From positions 6,834-70,833 of the forward strand of contig QZLB01000125.1 in assembly GCA_004796425.1 (NCBI GenBank): a DNA stretch of 64,000 bases. The letters run 5' to 3'. Position 1 is the stretch's first letter, and each line of letters begins with the position of its first letter. The DNA comes from Desulfobulbaceae bacterium. GTDB lineage: Bacteria > Desulfobacterota > Desulfobulbia > Desulfobulbales > Desulfocapsaceae. A program made the translations under genes and the position numbers. Positions 1-10,147 of this stretch are shown here, piece by piece. The notes beneath the pieces were generated by a model. It had not been told where the DNA came from. It did not search any database and saw only the letters and a list, made by a program, of their open reading frames with translations.

Positions 1-420
1 GCCGATGGAGCCGATATCAGCCAACTGGCTGAGCAGCTTCGAACAATCGTAACGCACCGGGTCGTCAGAAAACCCGCTCGGGAACTGGTAATGTTCCAGG
101 CAGAAGAGAGTGTTGAAAAAATCGATTTCAACGTTGGTGAGATCCTGGTAACGACCGCACACGTTCGTGTTGGTGAGGTGATCGGCTTCAGCATGGTGAT
201 GGATGACAATGAAGCAAAAGCGCTGGATTGTGCACTGCTGATGGGAATATATGAAGCACAACTCCCCGAAGCTGATCAGATTGTGAAACTGGTAAGAATC
301 CTGCAGGACAAACAGATGAGTCGACTACGCGAAGAACGGGAAATTGTTAGTTCAACCCGCGTCAATTTCGAAGTGATGGGCGGCCAGGATCCGAACATCA
401 AACACAATTCAGAACTCTAA
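1..420 (+). CDS. phnG: PhnG, C-P lyase core complex subunit (5' end cut by the window edge)
   Basis: Frame 1 is open from base 1. The C-terminal ...REIVSSTRVNFEVMGG is collinear with E. coli PhnG ...QAEVNASRVDFFTMVRG. phnL and phnM follow directly. Confidence 0.7.
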   Translation, partial: ADGADISQLAEQLRTIVTHRVVRKPARELVMFQAEESVEKIDFNVGEILVTTAHVRVGEVIGFSMVMDDNEAKALDCALLMGIYEAQLPEADQIVKLVRILQDKQMSRLREEREIVSSTRVNFEVMGGQDPNIKHNSEL

Positions 421-424
421 CAGG

Positions 425-1189
425 ATGAATACAATGCAGCCACATCTAGAAGTGATCAACCTCAGTAAAGTCTTTCATATGCATGTCCTTGGCGGCAAGG
501 AGATTGTCGCTTTTGAAAATATCAGTTTCACTTTACCCAAAGGACGCTTCCTCGGCGTTTCCGGGAAAAGCGGATACGGAAAGTCATCTTTGATTAAATG
601 TATTTACCGAAACTACAACGCCACTTCTGGAGAAATATTGTTCTATGACGACAACGGAGGCTCTATCGATCTTACCCAAGCTCCCGATATTGAAATCATC
701 GATATTCGTACCAGAAGAATGGGGTATGTCAGCCAGTTTTTTCAAACGATCCCACGGGTCACCACCATGAATGTGGTGATCGAACCGTTGATAGACCGGG
801 GCTGGAAACGGGATGATGCGATCGACCGGGCTACCGAATTATTTACCATTTTTGATATTCCCAAGAACCTCTGGGATGCGTTTCCCTCAACATTCAGCGG
901 TGGAGAAAAACAGCGTATCAATCTGATGCGCACGCTGATTGACAGTCCGGAATTGTTACTGCTGGATGAGCCCACTGCCAGTCTCGACAGAAAAAACCGC
1001 ACCATCATTCTTGATATCGTTAAAGAATTGAAGAAACAGCATATTTCCATCATTGGTATTTTTCATAACCCCGAAGAACTGGAAATGCTTTCAGATGATA
1101 TTCTGGTGCTCGACCAGGGAGAACCGGAACGGGAGATTGAAGTTCCGGAATACCGAATCACCAATAATACCTTTGCCTTTCAGGTTTAA
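425..1189 (+). CDS. phnL: PhnL, ABC-type ATPase component of the C-P lyase pathway
   Basis: Walker A GKSGYGKS, ABC signature FSGGEKQR and Walker B LLLLDEPT are present. It is collinear with E. coli PhnL (VSQF..IPR, LW..PSTFSGGE.QR, GIFH). Confidence 0.85.
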   Translation: MNTMQPHLEVINLSKVFHMHVLGGKEIVAFENISFTLPKGRFLGVSGKSGYGKSSLIKCIYRNYNATSGEILFYDDNGGSIDLTQAPDIEIIDIRTRRMGYVSQFFQTIPRVTTMNVVIEPLIDRGWKRDDAIDRATELFTIFDIPKNLWDAFPSTFSGGEKQRINLMRTLIDSPELLLLDEPTASLDRKNRTIILDIVKELKKQHISIIGIFHNPEELEMLSDDILVLDQGEPEREIEVPEYRITNNTFAFQV

Positions 1190-1193
1190 TACC

Positions 1194-2342
1194 ATGCACA
1201 ACCAACAGATACTCCATAATGCACGCCTGGTCCTTGCCGATTCGGTTGTTTCAGGATCACTGGTCATGGACGAGGGAAAAATCACCGAAATTGATTCCCA
1301 GAACTATTCCGGTCCTCAAGGCATCGACTGCGAACAAGATTACCTGATTCCCGGACTCATCGAGATGCACACCGATAATCTTGAAAAATATTTTGTACCC
1401 CGTCCAGGAATTTACTGGCCATCGGTCAGCGCCGCTCTGATTGCTCACGACAATCAGATCTTCAACGCCGGTATTACCACGGTTCTTGATGCCGTTGCGC
1501 TGGGTTTCACCGATGAAACAAATTTTCGCAGTAAAATCCTTGATGCATCGGTCAATACGATCAAGTACGCCCAGGAAAACAAGATGGTACGGGCAGATCA
1601 TTACCTGCACTTCAGATGCGAGCTCCCCAGTGAAACCGTTTTTGAATCATTTGCCTCCCATGCCAATAGCCCACTGCTGCGTCTCGTATCAGTGATGGAC
1701 CACACACCGGGACAACGGCAGTGGTCTAACCTGCAAAAATGGCGGCTTTACCATTCAGGCAAAAAATGGACGGATGCCGATGCCCAGGCAGAAATCGATA
1801 AACGGGCACGGCTGCAGGAAAGTCATGGTGACCAGAATCGCCGGGATATTCTGGCACTGTGCCAGGAACTGGAGCTACCGGCTGCCAGCCATGATGACAC
1901 GTTACCTGAACATTGCGTTGTGGCACGGGAAAGCGGCATAACCATCTCCGAATTCCCAACTACTCTGACTGCTGCACGCAAAGCCCGTGAACTCGGTATG
2001 ACGATAATTATGGGAGCGCCCAATATGGTTCGCGGAGAATCGCATTCAGGAAACATTTCCTCTCATGAGCTCGCTGAAAACGATCTGCTGGATGGTTTTT
2101 CATCGGACTATATGCCGATCAGCCTTTTGCATTCAGCCTTTGTACTCCACCAGAAATTCTCCGTACCGCTGCCCAAAGCCCTTTCAACGATCACCTCAAA
2201 TATAGCTGAGATGGTCCATTTAGATGACCGTGGACGTCTTGAGGTTGGCAAGAAAGCAGATATCGTGAGGGTGCGTGTTGAGGATGGCTTGCCCGTTGTT
2301 AAAGCGATCTGGAAAAATGGTGCCATGATGCTCAATAGTTAG
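1194..2342 (+). CDS. phnM: PhnM, ribose 1-methylphosphonate 5-triphosphate diphosphatase (amidohydrolase fold)
   Basis: Collinear with E. coli PhnM: PGLIEMHTDNLEK, VMDHTPGQRQ, ASHDD, EFPTT, MGAPNMVRGESHSGN. I prefer the ATG at 1194 (MHNQQILHNARLVL) to the ORF-track start at 1053, which overlaps phnL. Confidence 0.9.
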   Translation: MHNQQILHNARLVLADSVVSGSLVMDEGKITEIDSQNYSGPQGIDCEQDYLIPGLIEMHTDNLEKYFVPRPGIYWPSVSAALIAHDNQIFNAGITTVLDAVALGFTDETNFRSKILDASVNTIKYAQENKMVRADHYLHFRCELPSETVFESFASHANSPLLRLVSVMDHTPGQRQWSNLQKWRLYHSGKKWTDADAQAEIDKRARLQESHGDQNRRDILALCQELELPAASHDDTLPEHCVVARESGITISEFPTTLTAARKARELGMTIIMGAPNMVRGESHSGNISSHELAENDLLDGFSSDYMPISLLHSAFVLHQKFSVPLPKALSTITSNIAEMVHLDDRGRLEVGKKADIVRVRVEDGLPVVKAIWKNGAMMLNS

Positions 2343-2432
2343 ATCGCAGGTATCACGTACTGGGAATCCCTGGCGCTGTATCTGGGCCCAACACTAATCT
2401 GGCAACCCCGTTCGTAATGAAGGAGATTTGAA

Positions 2433-3242
2433 ATGCTTGCCTCACTTACCCTGGAATATACCATCAATGGCAGTCTGCTTGATCGGTTGGCATCGATGAG
2501 AGCGGCCGGGTTTCACGCGATCAACCTCGGGACTCCACACACCAGACATCTGCTGAGCACGAGCCTGTCGGAAACCAAGCAGATGAAAACACAGATCAGG
2601 CATCACGAGCTGGTTGTCGACTGGGTGCACGCACCATATCGCTCACCAATACTCTATGACCGTGATCATAAACTGTATCACCTGTCGGTGGCAGCTTTAA
2701 AAAGTGCGGTCTTGATCTGTTCTGAACTTGAAGCCCGCTCCCTTATTGTCCATCCCTTCGGCCTTGAATTCCCGCCAGACATTGACCAACTGCCTTCAAT
2801 AGAACAACTGGCTGAAGCCCTTTCTGTTCTGGTCGACTACGGCAAAGTGCTCGGCGTGGAAATCGGCATAGAAAATATCAATGAACCATACTCCTCAGCA
2901 ATTCTTCCAGAACTTCTGACCCGCGTTGAAGGGCTCAAATTCTGTCTGGATACCGGCCATGCCCACCACTACAACGTATGGGATCACTATATTGTCCCGT
3001 TCATTGATAAAATCTGCGCCTTGCATATCCACGACAACCATGGTGACAAGGATGAACACCTGATACCAGGCGATGGAACCATCGATTACCTCCCGTTGCT
3101 CAAAGCGCTGCGGGCCAACGGATATAATGGCTACCTGGGCATTGAGTGTTTGCAGAAAACGAGCAACTACCCCGGCGATCACCCTGAACTGGCAGTGCTT
3201 ATCAAAAAACGGATGGATAGTCTGCTCAGTCAGATTCAATAG
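2433..3242 (+). CDS. Sugar phosphate isomerase/epimerase, xylose-isomerase-like TIM barrel
   Basis: Motifs GIENINEP, LDTGHAHH, HIHDNHGDKDEHLIPGDGTIDY and GYNGYLGIE are typical of the AP-endonuclease-2/xylose isomerase-like family. Confidence 0.8.
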   Translation: MLASLTLEYTINGSLLDRLASMRAAGFHAINLGTPHTRHLLSTSLSETKQMKTQIRHHELVVDWVHAPYRSPILYDRDHKLYHLSVAALKSAVLICSELEARSLIVHPFGLEFPPDIDQLPSIEQLAEALSVLVDYGKVLGVEIGIENINEPYSSAILPELLTRVEGLKFCLDTGHAHHYNVWDHYIVPFIDKICALHIHDNHGDKDEHLIPGDGTIDYLPLLKALRANGYNGYLGIECLQKTSNYPGDHPELAVLIKKRMDSLLSQIQ

Positions 3243-3268
3243 AGCGTTCTCAACCGATACGCCAACAA

Positions 3269-3907
3269 TCAGCCTCGATCATACTTGGCAATAAAGGCCG
3301 CCGCATCAAGGGTACGGAAATCCTCCAATCGCTCCTGCAGCAATTCATGCTGCCAGTCCCACCAGCGAATTCTCAGCAACCCTTTCTGAACCTTCTTTGG
3401 AAACCGCGGACGGATGATTGTGGCGGCGACACCGGCAACAATAGTAAAGGGCGGGACATCCTTGCTCACCACAGCCCCTGCCCCCACAACCGCCCCGTCA
3501 CCAATCACGACACCTGGTAAAATGGTTGCCCCATGGCCGATCCACACATCATTGCCAATAGTAACCGGAGTTGAGCGCCGCCAATCAAAAAAACTATCGT
3601 CATCCTCACCTAAGTTGAACTGCGCACTCCGATAGGTGAAATGATGCAGGGCGGCACGCTCCAACGGGTGATTGCCCGGATTAATTCGAACCTGGGCAGC
3701 AACTGAACAGAATTTGCCCATCGTGGTGTAAATGATATGACAATCATTGACAACATAGGAATAGTCTCCCAGGGTTGTCTCCGATATTTTCGTTCGCGGG
3801 CCGATCTCAGTCCAACGCCCAAGTTTTGAATCGGTCACGACCGCATCTTCATGGATTGAAGGGGCTTCCTGGAGCTTTTTGGTTTGACTCATTATATTTT
3901 TTGTCAT
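3269..3907 (-). CDS. Hexapeptide-repeat (left-handed beta-helix) acetyltransferase, XAT-like, of the type often linked to phn clusters
   Basis: Hexapeptide repeats (IGNDVWIGHGATILPGVVIGDGAVVGAGAVV) and a C-terminal RWWDW tail as in xenobiotic acetyltransferases. Start moved to the ATG at 3907, which is preceded by GGAGGA. Confidence 0.75.
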   Translation of the reverse strand: MTKNIMSQTKKLQEAPSIHEDAVVTDSKLGRWTEIGPRTKISETTLGDYSYVVNDCHIIYTTMGKFCSVAAQVRINPGNHPLERAALHHFTYRSAQFNLGEDDDSFFDWRRSTPVTIGNDVWIGHGATILPGVVIGDGAVVGAGAVVSKDVPPFTIVAGVAATIIRPRFPKKVQKGLLRIRWWDWQHELLQERLEDFRTLDAAAFIAKYDRG

Positions 3908-4301
3908 AGGTATCCTCCGGTCATCAAAGATCGTCGTATTCTCGAAAAGTAACGGATACAAGAAGTGGATAATATTTAGACGGCTTCATTGCGAATTATG
4001 CGGTTTTCCTTACCTGGAAGCTTATAAATAAGAGGTTTGTTAAGCATTACACTTGGGTTACTGTTTCATTAATCAAATTACATTGCGTACGTACAGTTAA
4101 CGGCGACATAACGTTGCAACCTACTCCTTTCTATGCTAGTCAACCTGCATTCTTCACCGCAAAATGCAGGTAGAACTTCCAGGCGCTCCAAGCTAGCCCT
4201 CATTGGCAAAATCACTTTACCAGCACGAATCAATCATGATACCCTTCAATAACTCCGGCCTGTGCCGAAGCTCAATATCTTAATAGCAGAGGAGATGCTT
4301 G

Positions 4302-5438
4302 ATGTTCATGATGATCCTTTTATTCACTTCGCTGCCAAAATACAGTCCTCTTCTTACCCGTCTGATTGGGCCGTTTTCCTTTTTGGTAGCTCTTGTCGGC
4401 GTTACGGTAATTGATAGTGTGGCGGTCGAGCTGAAGTATGGTTCGCTTGAGGGAAGCATCCAGTTGCACCAAGAGCAAAATATGAATAATAGTGAACCTG
4501 ATAGCGGCTTTCTCAATGGGCTGGTCGAGCTGAAATACCAGACTGACCACCTATATAATTTCAGCGCAAATGTGGGTATGCATGGAGGGTTTAATCTGTG
4601 GGCAATGAATGAGGATGATGGGCAGGACGCTCAAGGTGAGCTGCTTTCACAACTCAATGTAGCGTATGAAAATGACACGATACAAGTCATATTAGGTCGG
4701 CAAGAGTTAGAGATGCTTTGGCTCGAAGATTATCATGAGGCACTCAGACTCTCTTATCAACCTTTTGAATCACTAGGTGTACGTGGTGGTTACAGTACCA
4801 GGTTCGCTGAAGCTGATGTCGACGGAATTAACGATTTCGAAAATATTGGTGATCATGGTATCTGGTTTCTCGAACTACATCATTCGAATGATCGATTCCC
4901 CGCCACCTTTAGTCCTTATCTATTGCACATCAGAGATGTCCATACCGCATACGGTGCTACGATGGAGATCAGTCAGGAGGAGCACTTTCGCCTCGTTTTT
5001 GGTTATGGATTCTCGGATTCCAATAATCCTGAATTTGAAGATGGCTTCATAGCCAATACTGAGTTGGGCCTGTATTTCAATGATTTACAGTTTGGAGGAG
5101 GTTATATTCAGACCGATAAAACAGGCGGCTCAGGTTCACTTGATCTGCTTGGTGATCGCATCAATCCGCTTGAAGAAGGGAACCTTATCTTTGAACCAGA
5201 CGCTCGGACGCCTTATGCGATAATAGGATACAGTCAGTGGGGTGTTGACTGCTCAATGGTTTTTGCAAAAACAGAGACAGGGGAATTATCAGAAACGGAG
5301 TTTAATCTTAATCTAGCCTATCAATTTGCTGACTCTTTTGAACCCTTTTCCATTGAATTCCTCTACGCAATTATCGACAGTGGGGCGCGTGAGGAAGACT
5401 ATAATAAATTCTTCATCACACTCATCTATGAATTTTGA
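4302..5438 (+). CDS. Putative outer-membrane beta-barrel protein
   Basis: Hydrophobic N-terminus, alternating amphipathic segments rich in G/Y/F, and a C-terminal ...LIYEF ending in Phe (BAM-type signature). GGAG lies 7 nt before the ATG at 4302. No family recognised. Confidence 0.5.
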   Translation: MFMMILLFTSLPKYSPLLTRLIGPFSFLVALVGVTVIDSVAVELKYGSLEGSIQLHQEQNMNNSEPDSGFLNGLVELKYQTDHLYNFSANVGMHGGFNLWAMNEDDGQDAQGELLSQLNVAYENDTIQVILGRQELEMLWLEDYHEALRLSYQPFESLGVRGGYSTRFAEADVDGINDFENIGDHGIWFLELHHSNDRFPATFSPYLLHIRDVHTAYGATMEISQEEHFRLVFGYGFSDSNNPEFEDGFIANTELGLYFNDLQFGGGYIQTDKTGGSGSLDLLGDRINPLEEGNLIFEPDARTPYAIIGYSQWGVDCSMVFAKTETGELSETEFNLNLAYQFADSFEPFSIEFLYAIIDSGAREEDYNKFFITLIYEF

Positions 5439-5693
5439 CACAGAAGGTCAAGATATCATTCGTCTCAACTGCATGTAAGGATACTCGCGCCGAAAAGGAG
5501 TATTAGGCATGTTTGTTGGACCATCAACCACGCAATCTGAAATTATATGATTACTGTTTTTTCTGAAATGTTTGATTACCACGCACCTGATAAACCTCTG
5601 AGGATACAGCACACGGTAATCTTGGATAATCAGAGACGTTTTTAATTTGTTTCGACACTAACCGCAGACCCTAAATGTGAGTGACCAGGAAAT

Positions 5694-8165
5694 ATGTTAC
5701 ACGTTGGAATCGGTCAGGCTGAAGGTACTGACACCAGAGAGTGCGTTGAAAGGGCAATAAAAGAAGGGACTGCACAGCTTCGCACCACAGAACCGGACGC
5801 GGGAATCGTCTTCGCCGGACCTCATTTTGACCATCTCCTGATGCTTGAGATAATCAATGACTCTTTTACCGATATCCAGCTGGTGGGTTGTTCTACCGCC
5901 GGTAATTTTTCTTCACAACACGGAGCCAGCGATGATGCGATTACGCTTATATTTATGGCTTCAGAGACTATTTGTTTTGCGGCGGGAGCTGGAAATAAAC
6001 TTGCTACAGACTGGCAGGCTGCCGTTGATCAGGCCATCGTTTCTGCTACCGGTTCCCTTGATGAGGCCCCTTCCTTGTGCTTGACGTTTCCGAACGGATA
6101 CGCTGTTGACTTCGAGCCCGTCCTGGAGCGCCTCGACACCAAGCTTGGTCCATGTGAGGTGTTTGGCGGACTCTCGGGAATCCTGTTCAGTGAACCATCT
6201 GAGATGCTGCAATTCTGCGGTCGGGAAGTGATGAGAGATGGCTTGCCGATTCTTCTCTTAGGAGGTCCCGTTTCTTATCGATTTGGCATTGCCAATAGCT
6301 GGCGACCAGTTGGCAAGCGAGCACTGGTGACACGGTCCGATGATCGGATCGTTCATGAGATTGGCGGGTTCAAGGGGGTGGACTATTACCGGCACTACCT
6401 CGGTTATCATGAAGAACCTGCACGGGAATTCAACCTGGCCGTCTATAGCCGTTCCGGTTCAGAATATTACATGAGCTCGCCGATTCAATACAATGAAGAC
6501 GGGTCCATTACTTTTACCGGCCCGGTACCAGAAGGATCAGAAGTGCAACTAACCGAAGCGATCAGGGAGGATCTGATCGCGGACACCCTCCAGACCAGCG
6601 CCAGTCTCAACCACCCCGAATCCGCCTGGAAACCGGCACTGGCACTGAATTTTTCGTGTGGTTACAGAAAAACCATTCTGGGAACCTCAGTTGATAAGGA
6701 ACTTGAAGCATTCAAGCAAGAGTCCGAGGCTGGTTTGCCGATTGGAGGGTTCTTCAGTTTTGGTGAAATCGCCCCCCTCAGCTCAGGTCAACCCAGTGTG
6801 GTCCAGGGAGCAACGCTTATTGCGCTGCTGATTGGACCGCGATCAGCTGAGTTATCCCCATCTGTTGATTTGAAGCTGGAAAAACCTGACCCATCGTTTG
6901 GTACGGAGATACGTGATCCTGAGTTTCTCAAACGCAGATTGATACGATCTGAAGCATATCGACAACGACTTGAATCACTAAACGATTTTACCACCAAACT
7001 CCATCACCAGATGATGGGAGAGCTGGAGAACGCCAGGCTTGAGATTGAACGCAAGGAGATGAAGCTTCGGGAAAGTGAAGAAAAGTTTCGGCGAATTGTC
7101 CAGACAGCTGGTGAGGGCTTTATACTGATGGACGAGTCATTTATCATTATCGATACCAACCAGGCCTTTTCTCTGTTGTCTGGTTATAACCATGATGAAC
7201 TAATGGAACGATCCATAGTTACATTAGCACACCCCGATGACAGATCATTGCTTGAATCTACCTTCGAACAACTCCTGGAGGCCAAATACCAACGCTTTGA
7301 AACACGCTTGGTTAACAGTGAAGGTCGCACGGTTCCGGTTCTGGTCCATTCGAACATTGTCCGAAATGATCAGGGGGGATTGATTGGTGGCATGGCCTTT
7401 TTTGCTGATTTAACAGAACAGAAAAAAGCGCTGATGCTTGCAGGCGAAGTGCAAAAGAGTTTACTTCCCCAGGAAAACCCGAATATTTCCGGACTCGATA
7501 TTGCCGGCCGTTCCATTTCCTGTGATGAGGTTGGGGGCGATTATTACGATTTCTTCTTTCAGCAGGACCAGCCCGGTCAAGCATTTAGTGTCGCGGTTGG
7601 AGATATCACCGGTCATGGAGTGGATGCCGCACTCCTGATGTCATCTGCACGGGCATTTTTACGCATGCACGCCGGCAGGGATGATGCCATTGTTGATATC
7701 GTTAAAAGCATGAACAATCATCTGGCCGCTGACGTGCTTGAGACCCATCGATTTATGACCCTGTTTTATCTCTCGATATCGGCAGATTTGAGCAGCCTTG
7801 AGTGGGTAAGGGCCGGCCACGATCCTGCAATCTTATATGATCCACTCCACGACCGTGTGGAAGAGCTGAAAGGACCCGGTATCGCCCTTGGGGTCAGCCC
7901 CGATTTTGATTATCAGGCGATGCACAAATCAGAGCTTCAAAATGGGAGTATCCTGGCCATTGGTACCGATGGTATCTGGGAGACCTTCAACCAGGATGGT
8001 GAAATGTTCGGTCGTGAGCGGTTTATGGCACTACTCAGAAGACACGCTGAGCTGCCGGCAGCCGATTTGCTCAACCTGGTGTTTACAGAAGTTGAACAGT
8101 TTCGCCAGGGCCGACGATCAGAAGATGATATCACGTTGGTGATTATCAAGATCAAGCAACCATGA
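5694..8165 (+). CDS. FIST - coiled coil - PAS - PP2C/SpoIIE-type serine phosphatase sensor protein
   Basis: N-terminal FIST-like region (IVFAGPHFD, LVGCSTAGNF, FFSFGEI) and a PAS segment (FRRIVQTAGEGFILMD). The C-terminal SpoIIE motifs are GGDYYDFF, VGDITGHGVDAALLMS, GTDGIWE and DDITLVIIK. Confidence 0.85.
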   Translation: MLHVGIGQAEGTDTRECVERAIKEGTAQLRTTEPDAGIVFAGPHFDHLLMLEIINDSFTDIQLVGCSTAGNFSSQHGASDDAITLIFMASETICFAAGAGNKLATDWQAAVDQAIVSATGSLDEAPSLCLTFPNGYAVDFEPVLERLDTKLGPCEVFGGLSGILFSEPSEMLQFCGREVMRDGLPILLLGGPVSYRFGIANSWRPVGKRALVTRSDDRIVHEIGGFKGVDYYRHYLGYHEEPAREFNLAVYSRSGSEYYMSSPIQYNEDGSITFTGPVPEGSEVQLTEAIREDLIADTLQTSASLNHPESAWKPALALNFSCGYRKTILGTSVDKELEAFKQESEAGLPIGGFFSFGEIAPLSSGQPSVVQGATLIALLIGPRSAELSPSVDLKLEKPDPSFGTEIRDPEFLKRRLIRSEAYRQRLESLNDFTTKLHHQMMGELENARLEIERKEMKLRESEEKFRRIVQTAGEGFILMDESFIIIDTNQAFSLLSGYNHDELMERSIVTLAHPDDRSLLESTFEQLLEAKYQRFETRLVNSEGRTVPVLVHSNIVRNDQGGLIGGMAFFADLTEQKKALMLAGEVQKSLLPQENPNISGLDIAGRSISCDEVGGDYYDFFFQQDQPGQAFSVAVGDITGHGVDAALLMSSARAFLRMHAGRDDAIVDIVKSMNNHLAADVLETHRFMTLFYLSISADLSSLEWVRAGHDPAILYDPLHDRVEELKGPGIALGVSPDFDYQAMHKSELQNGSILAIGTDGIWETFNQDGEMFGRERFMALLRRHAELPAADLLNLVFTEVEQFRQGRRSEDDITLVIIKIKQP

Positions 8166-8563
8166 GCACAGTGACCCTCCAATCCCGGTGGTTTTCTTAA
8201 AAACAGGAAAGGGATTTGACCGATTATGCTCTGACCACCATCTAACTTATCCCTTTTTCCGATTTCACCCATCGAAAGATTCGGTAAAATCTGCTCACAC
8301 CATCCTCCATTGCAAAAAAGTTACACCACCTGAGCACTCACTACTCCCTCAATATCACAGCACCATTTCACACCTTATAACAGAATTCGTTGAGTCATCT
8401 CTGTTGACTGTCAAAGCATTGTGCCCCCTCCTTGATTATGCGTGTTCAAGTTGATAGGCTTTAAGTAGAAATGGCACATAGTGGTGATGCCTGAAATCAA
8501 TTGCCCGGGGCAGCGAGAACGGGTCTGCATCCTGGCACAACTCAGTCACAAGGAGGCCAGGCC

Positions 8564-8983
8564 ATGCTGAAGGAACGAACAATCAAGGAAGCAATCATCA
8601 GGAAGTATCCCTCAATCGGTTATCAGGACAGTCTCATCCTCGCGATCCAGAAAATGGCTGAGTACAATGCTTCGGCCCTCGTGGTGTTGAGCAGAGATAC
8701 CCTGGTGGGGTTGGTAACGGTGACAGACATCATTCAATGTCTGGCCCAGGAGCAAGATCCTGAAGAGACATTGGTTTCAAGCTTCATGACTCAATGTGAA
8801 CTCATCTCAGAGCAGGGAACCGTAAATCCGTGCGCCCAACTGGACGAGGAGCAGGACCCGGTGTCTGCCATCAAGGTACTACATGCAGCTGGGGTAAATC
8901 ATCTGGTAGTTTCTAGCAGCAACGGTGATCCGGTTGGCGTTGTTTCAAGTCTTGAGCTCATCAAGCTCTTTGCTGAAATGTAA
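8564..8983 (+). CDS. CBS domain-pair protein
   Basis: Two CBS-like repeats (ALVVLSRDTLVGLVTVTDII; HLVVSSSNGDPVGVVSSLELIK). Start moved to the ATG at 8564, preceded by AAGGAGG. Confidence 0.8.
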   Translation: MLKERTIKEAIIRKYPSIGYQDSLILAIQKMAEYNASALVVLSRDTLVGLVTVTDIIQCLAQEQDPEETLVSSFMTQCELISEQGTVNPCAQLDEEQDPVSAIKVLHAAGVNHLVVSSSNGDPVGVVSSLELIKLFAEM

Positions 8984-9364
8984 CATTTGATTAAATTTTA
9001 CAAAAGAAGGTGGGCTTGCATATACCCCACCCCCTTCAACCCCTGAGGTGTAGAACCAGTTTTCAAAGCCGATTACTACGACTCCGATAATTACAAGACG
9101 GATCCGCAAGCGATGAACACAGGCTTTTCTTCGAGCCTCAAATGTACCAATAAGTTGGGCTTTATCAGCGAATTTATCCATATTCTCTCTCATGCAGAAA
9201 TCTTGGGCCTCCAGGTTCCTATTCGGCTCATCTTCTATTCAGTAATAATAGGTAATAAATTACTGACAAGTCACTGATCTTACAGAGAGGAGAACACGCC
9301 ACCCAGGTTGGGATTAAGGGACCTACCTGATATTTATAATCTCCTATAATCGTCCGACTCTGGA

Positions 9365-10147
9365 TTAAGGCAGCAGGGTATCAACAGCTACGCCAAAATG
9401 ATCAGAAGCATAGCAACCATCTTGATCGGCTCTTGTGAGAACGCGTGTTGCGTCTTTGAAATCAGGTAAGCTACCTGGCGAGCGTTTGAGATAAAGAATA
9501 TAGTCAATTCTTCTTTGCTTCGAAACCTTCGTGACCAGGCTCAAGGTGCCACCTGGCAGGGTTCCCCCACCTGCTCGATAGCAGTCTATTGGCTCAACAT
9601 CTTCACCGTTCAAATTCATGGTTGGTTGCGTGGGATCAAACTCAAAATTCAGATCACCACAACAGAACCAGTGGCTTCCCCGAGCAGCATCGCTGTTTTG
9701 GGCAATAACCGTTTTGAGCTGTTTGAACCGATGTTCATCTTGCCCCACAATATGTGTAAGATGCAGGTTGGTGAGCATTATCAAATCATCACCAGACATC
9801 AGTTGCGCGGAAAGGCCGATTCTATCGGGATCATCGGGATGTTCAACCAGTGTATCAACCCATGATCGATGAATCGGATACACGCTTAATATCGCCAGAC
9901 CAGAGTGACATTGCACCGTTTTCCCCGCTATCTCTCGAGGTTTGTATCGTGACGGACCATACACGTGGTCCATGTCCAAAGCGTCAGCGAGAATGGTGGC
10001 CGTATCATAGGTATGGTCGCTGCTCCTAAGAGCTTCCTGCAAACAGACGATATCTGGACGAACCTGCTGTAGCCCGTCAGTCATCAGCTTGAGTCGCCTG
10101 GCATACTGACCATCTCCTTTCCAGGTATTTATCGTTACAATACGCAT
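9365..10147 (-). CDS. Endonuclease/exonuclease/phosphatase (EEP) family protein, cytoplasmic
   Basis: EEP motifs in order: TINTW, DIVCLQEA, LTNLHL, CCGDLN, IDYIL, SDHFGV. No signal peptide. Confidence 0.85.
   Translation of the reverse strand: MRIVTINTWKGDGQYARRLKLMTDGLQQVRPDIVCLQEALRSSDHTYDTATILADALDMDHVYGPSRYKPREIAGKTVQCHSGLAILSVYPIHRSWVDTLVEHPDDPDRIGLSAQLMSGDDLIMLTNLHLTHIVGQDEHRFKQLKTVIAQNSDAARGSHWFCCGDLNFEFDPTQPTMNLNGEDVEPIDCYRAGGGTLPGGTLSLVTKVSKQRRIDYILYLKRSPGSLPDFKDATRVLTRADQDGCYASDHFGVAVDTLLP

Noticed and set aside
1053-1193. The N-terminal extension of phnM given by the ORF track (start at 1053).
   Set aside because: The extension overlaps phnL by 137 nt and has no similarity to PhnM. 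Homology begins at the ATG at 1194.
4143-4171. An 8-bp hairpin (ACCTGCAT - 13 nt - ATGCAGGT) upstream of the outer-membrane-barrel gene.
   Set aside because: No U-tract, and it is not positioned after any gene end. A stem this short is expected by chance in 64 kb.
8188-8454. An 88-aa ORF in the gap between the FIST phosphatase and CBS genes.
   Set aside because: No SD, His/Ser/Pro/Leu-rich composition, and no motif. The region is more likely untranslated promoter or leader sequence.
8533-8548. A sigma54-like TGGCAC upstream of the CBS gene, and a second TGGCAC at 36915-36920.
   Set aside because: Neither is followed by the TTGC(A/T) -12 element at the required spacing. The first would also place the transcription start inside the SD, and the second points away from any plus-strand gene.
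8945-9193. An 82-aa minus-strand ORF with one hydrophobic helix, overlapping the 3' end of the CBS gene.
   Set aside because: The nearest GGAGG is 14 nt from the ATG. The ORF overlaps the CBS gene by 39 nt and has no recognisable family. It cannot be excluded, but there is not enough support to call it.
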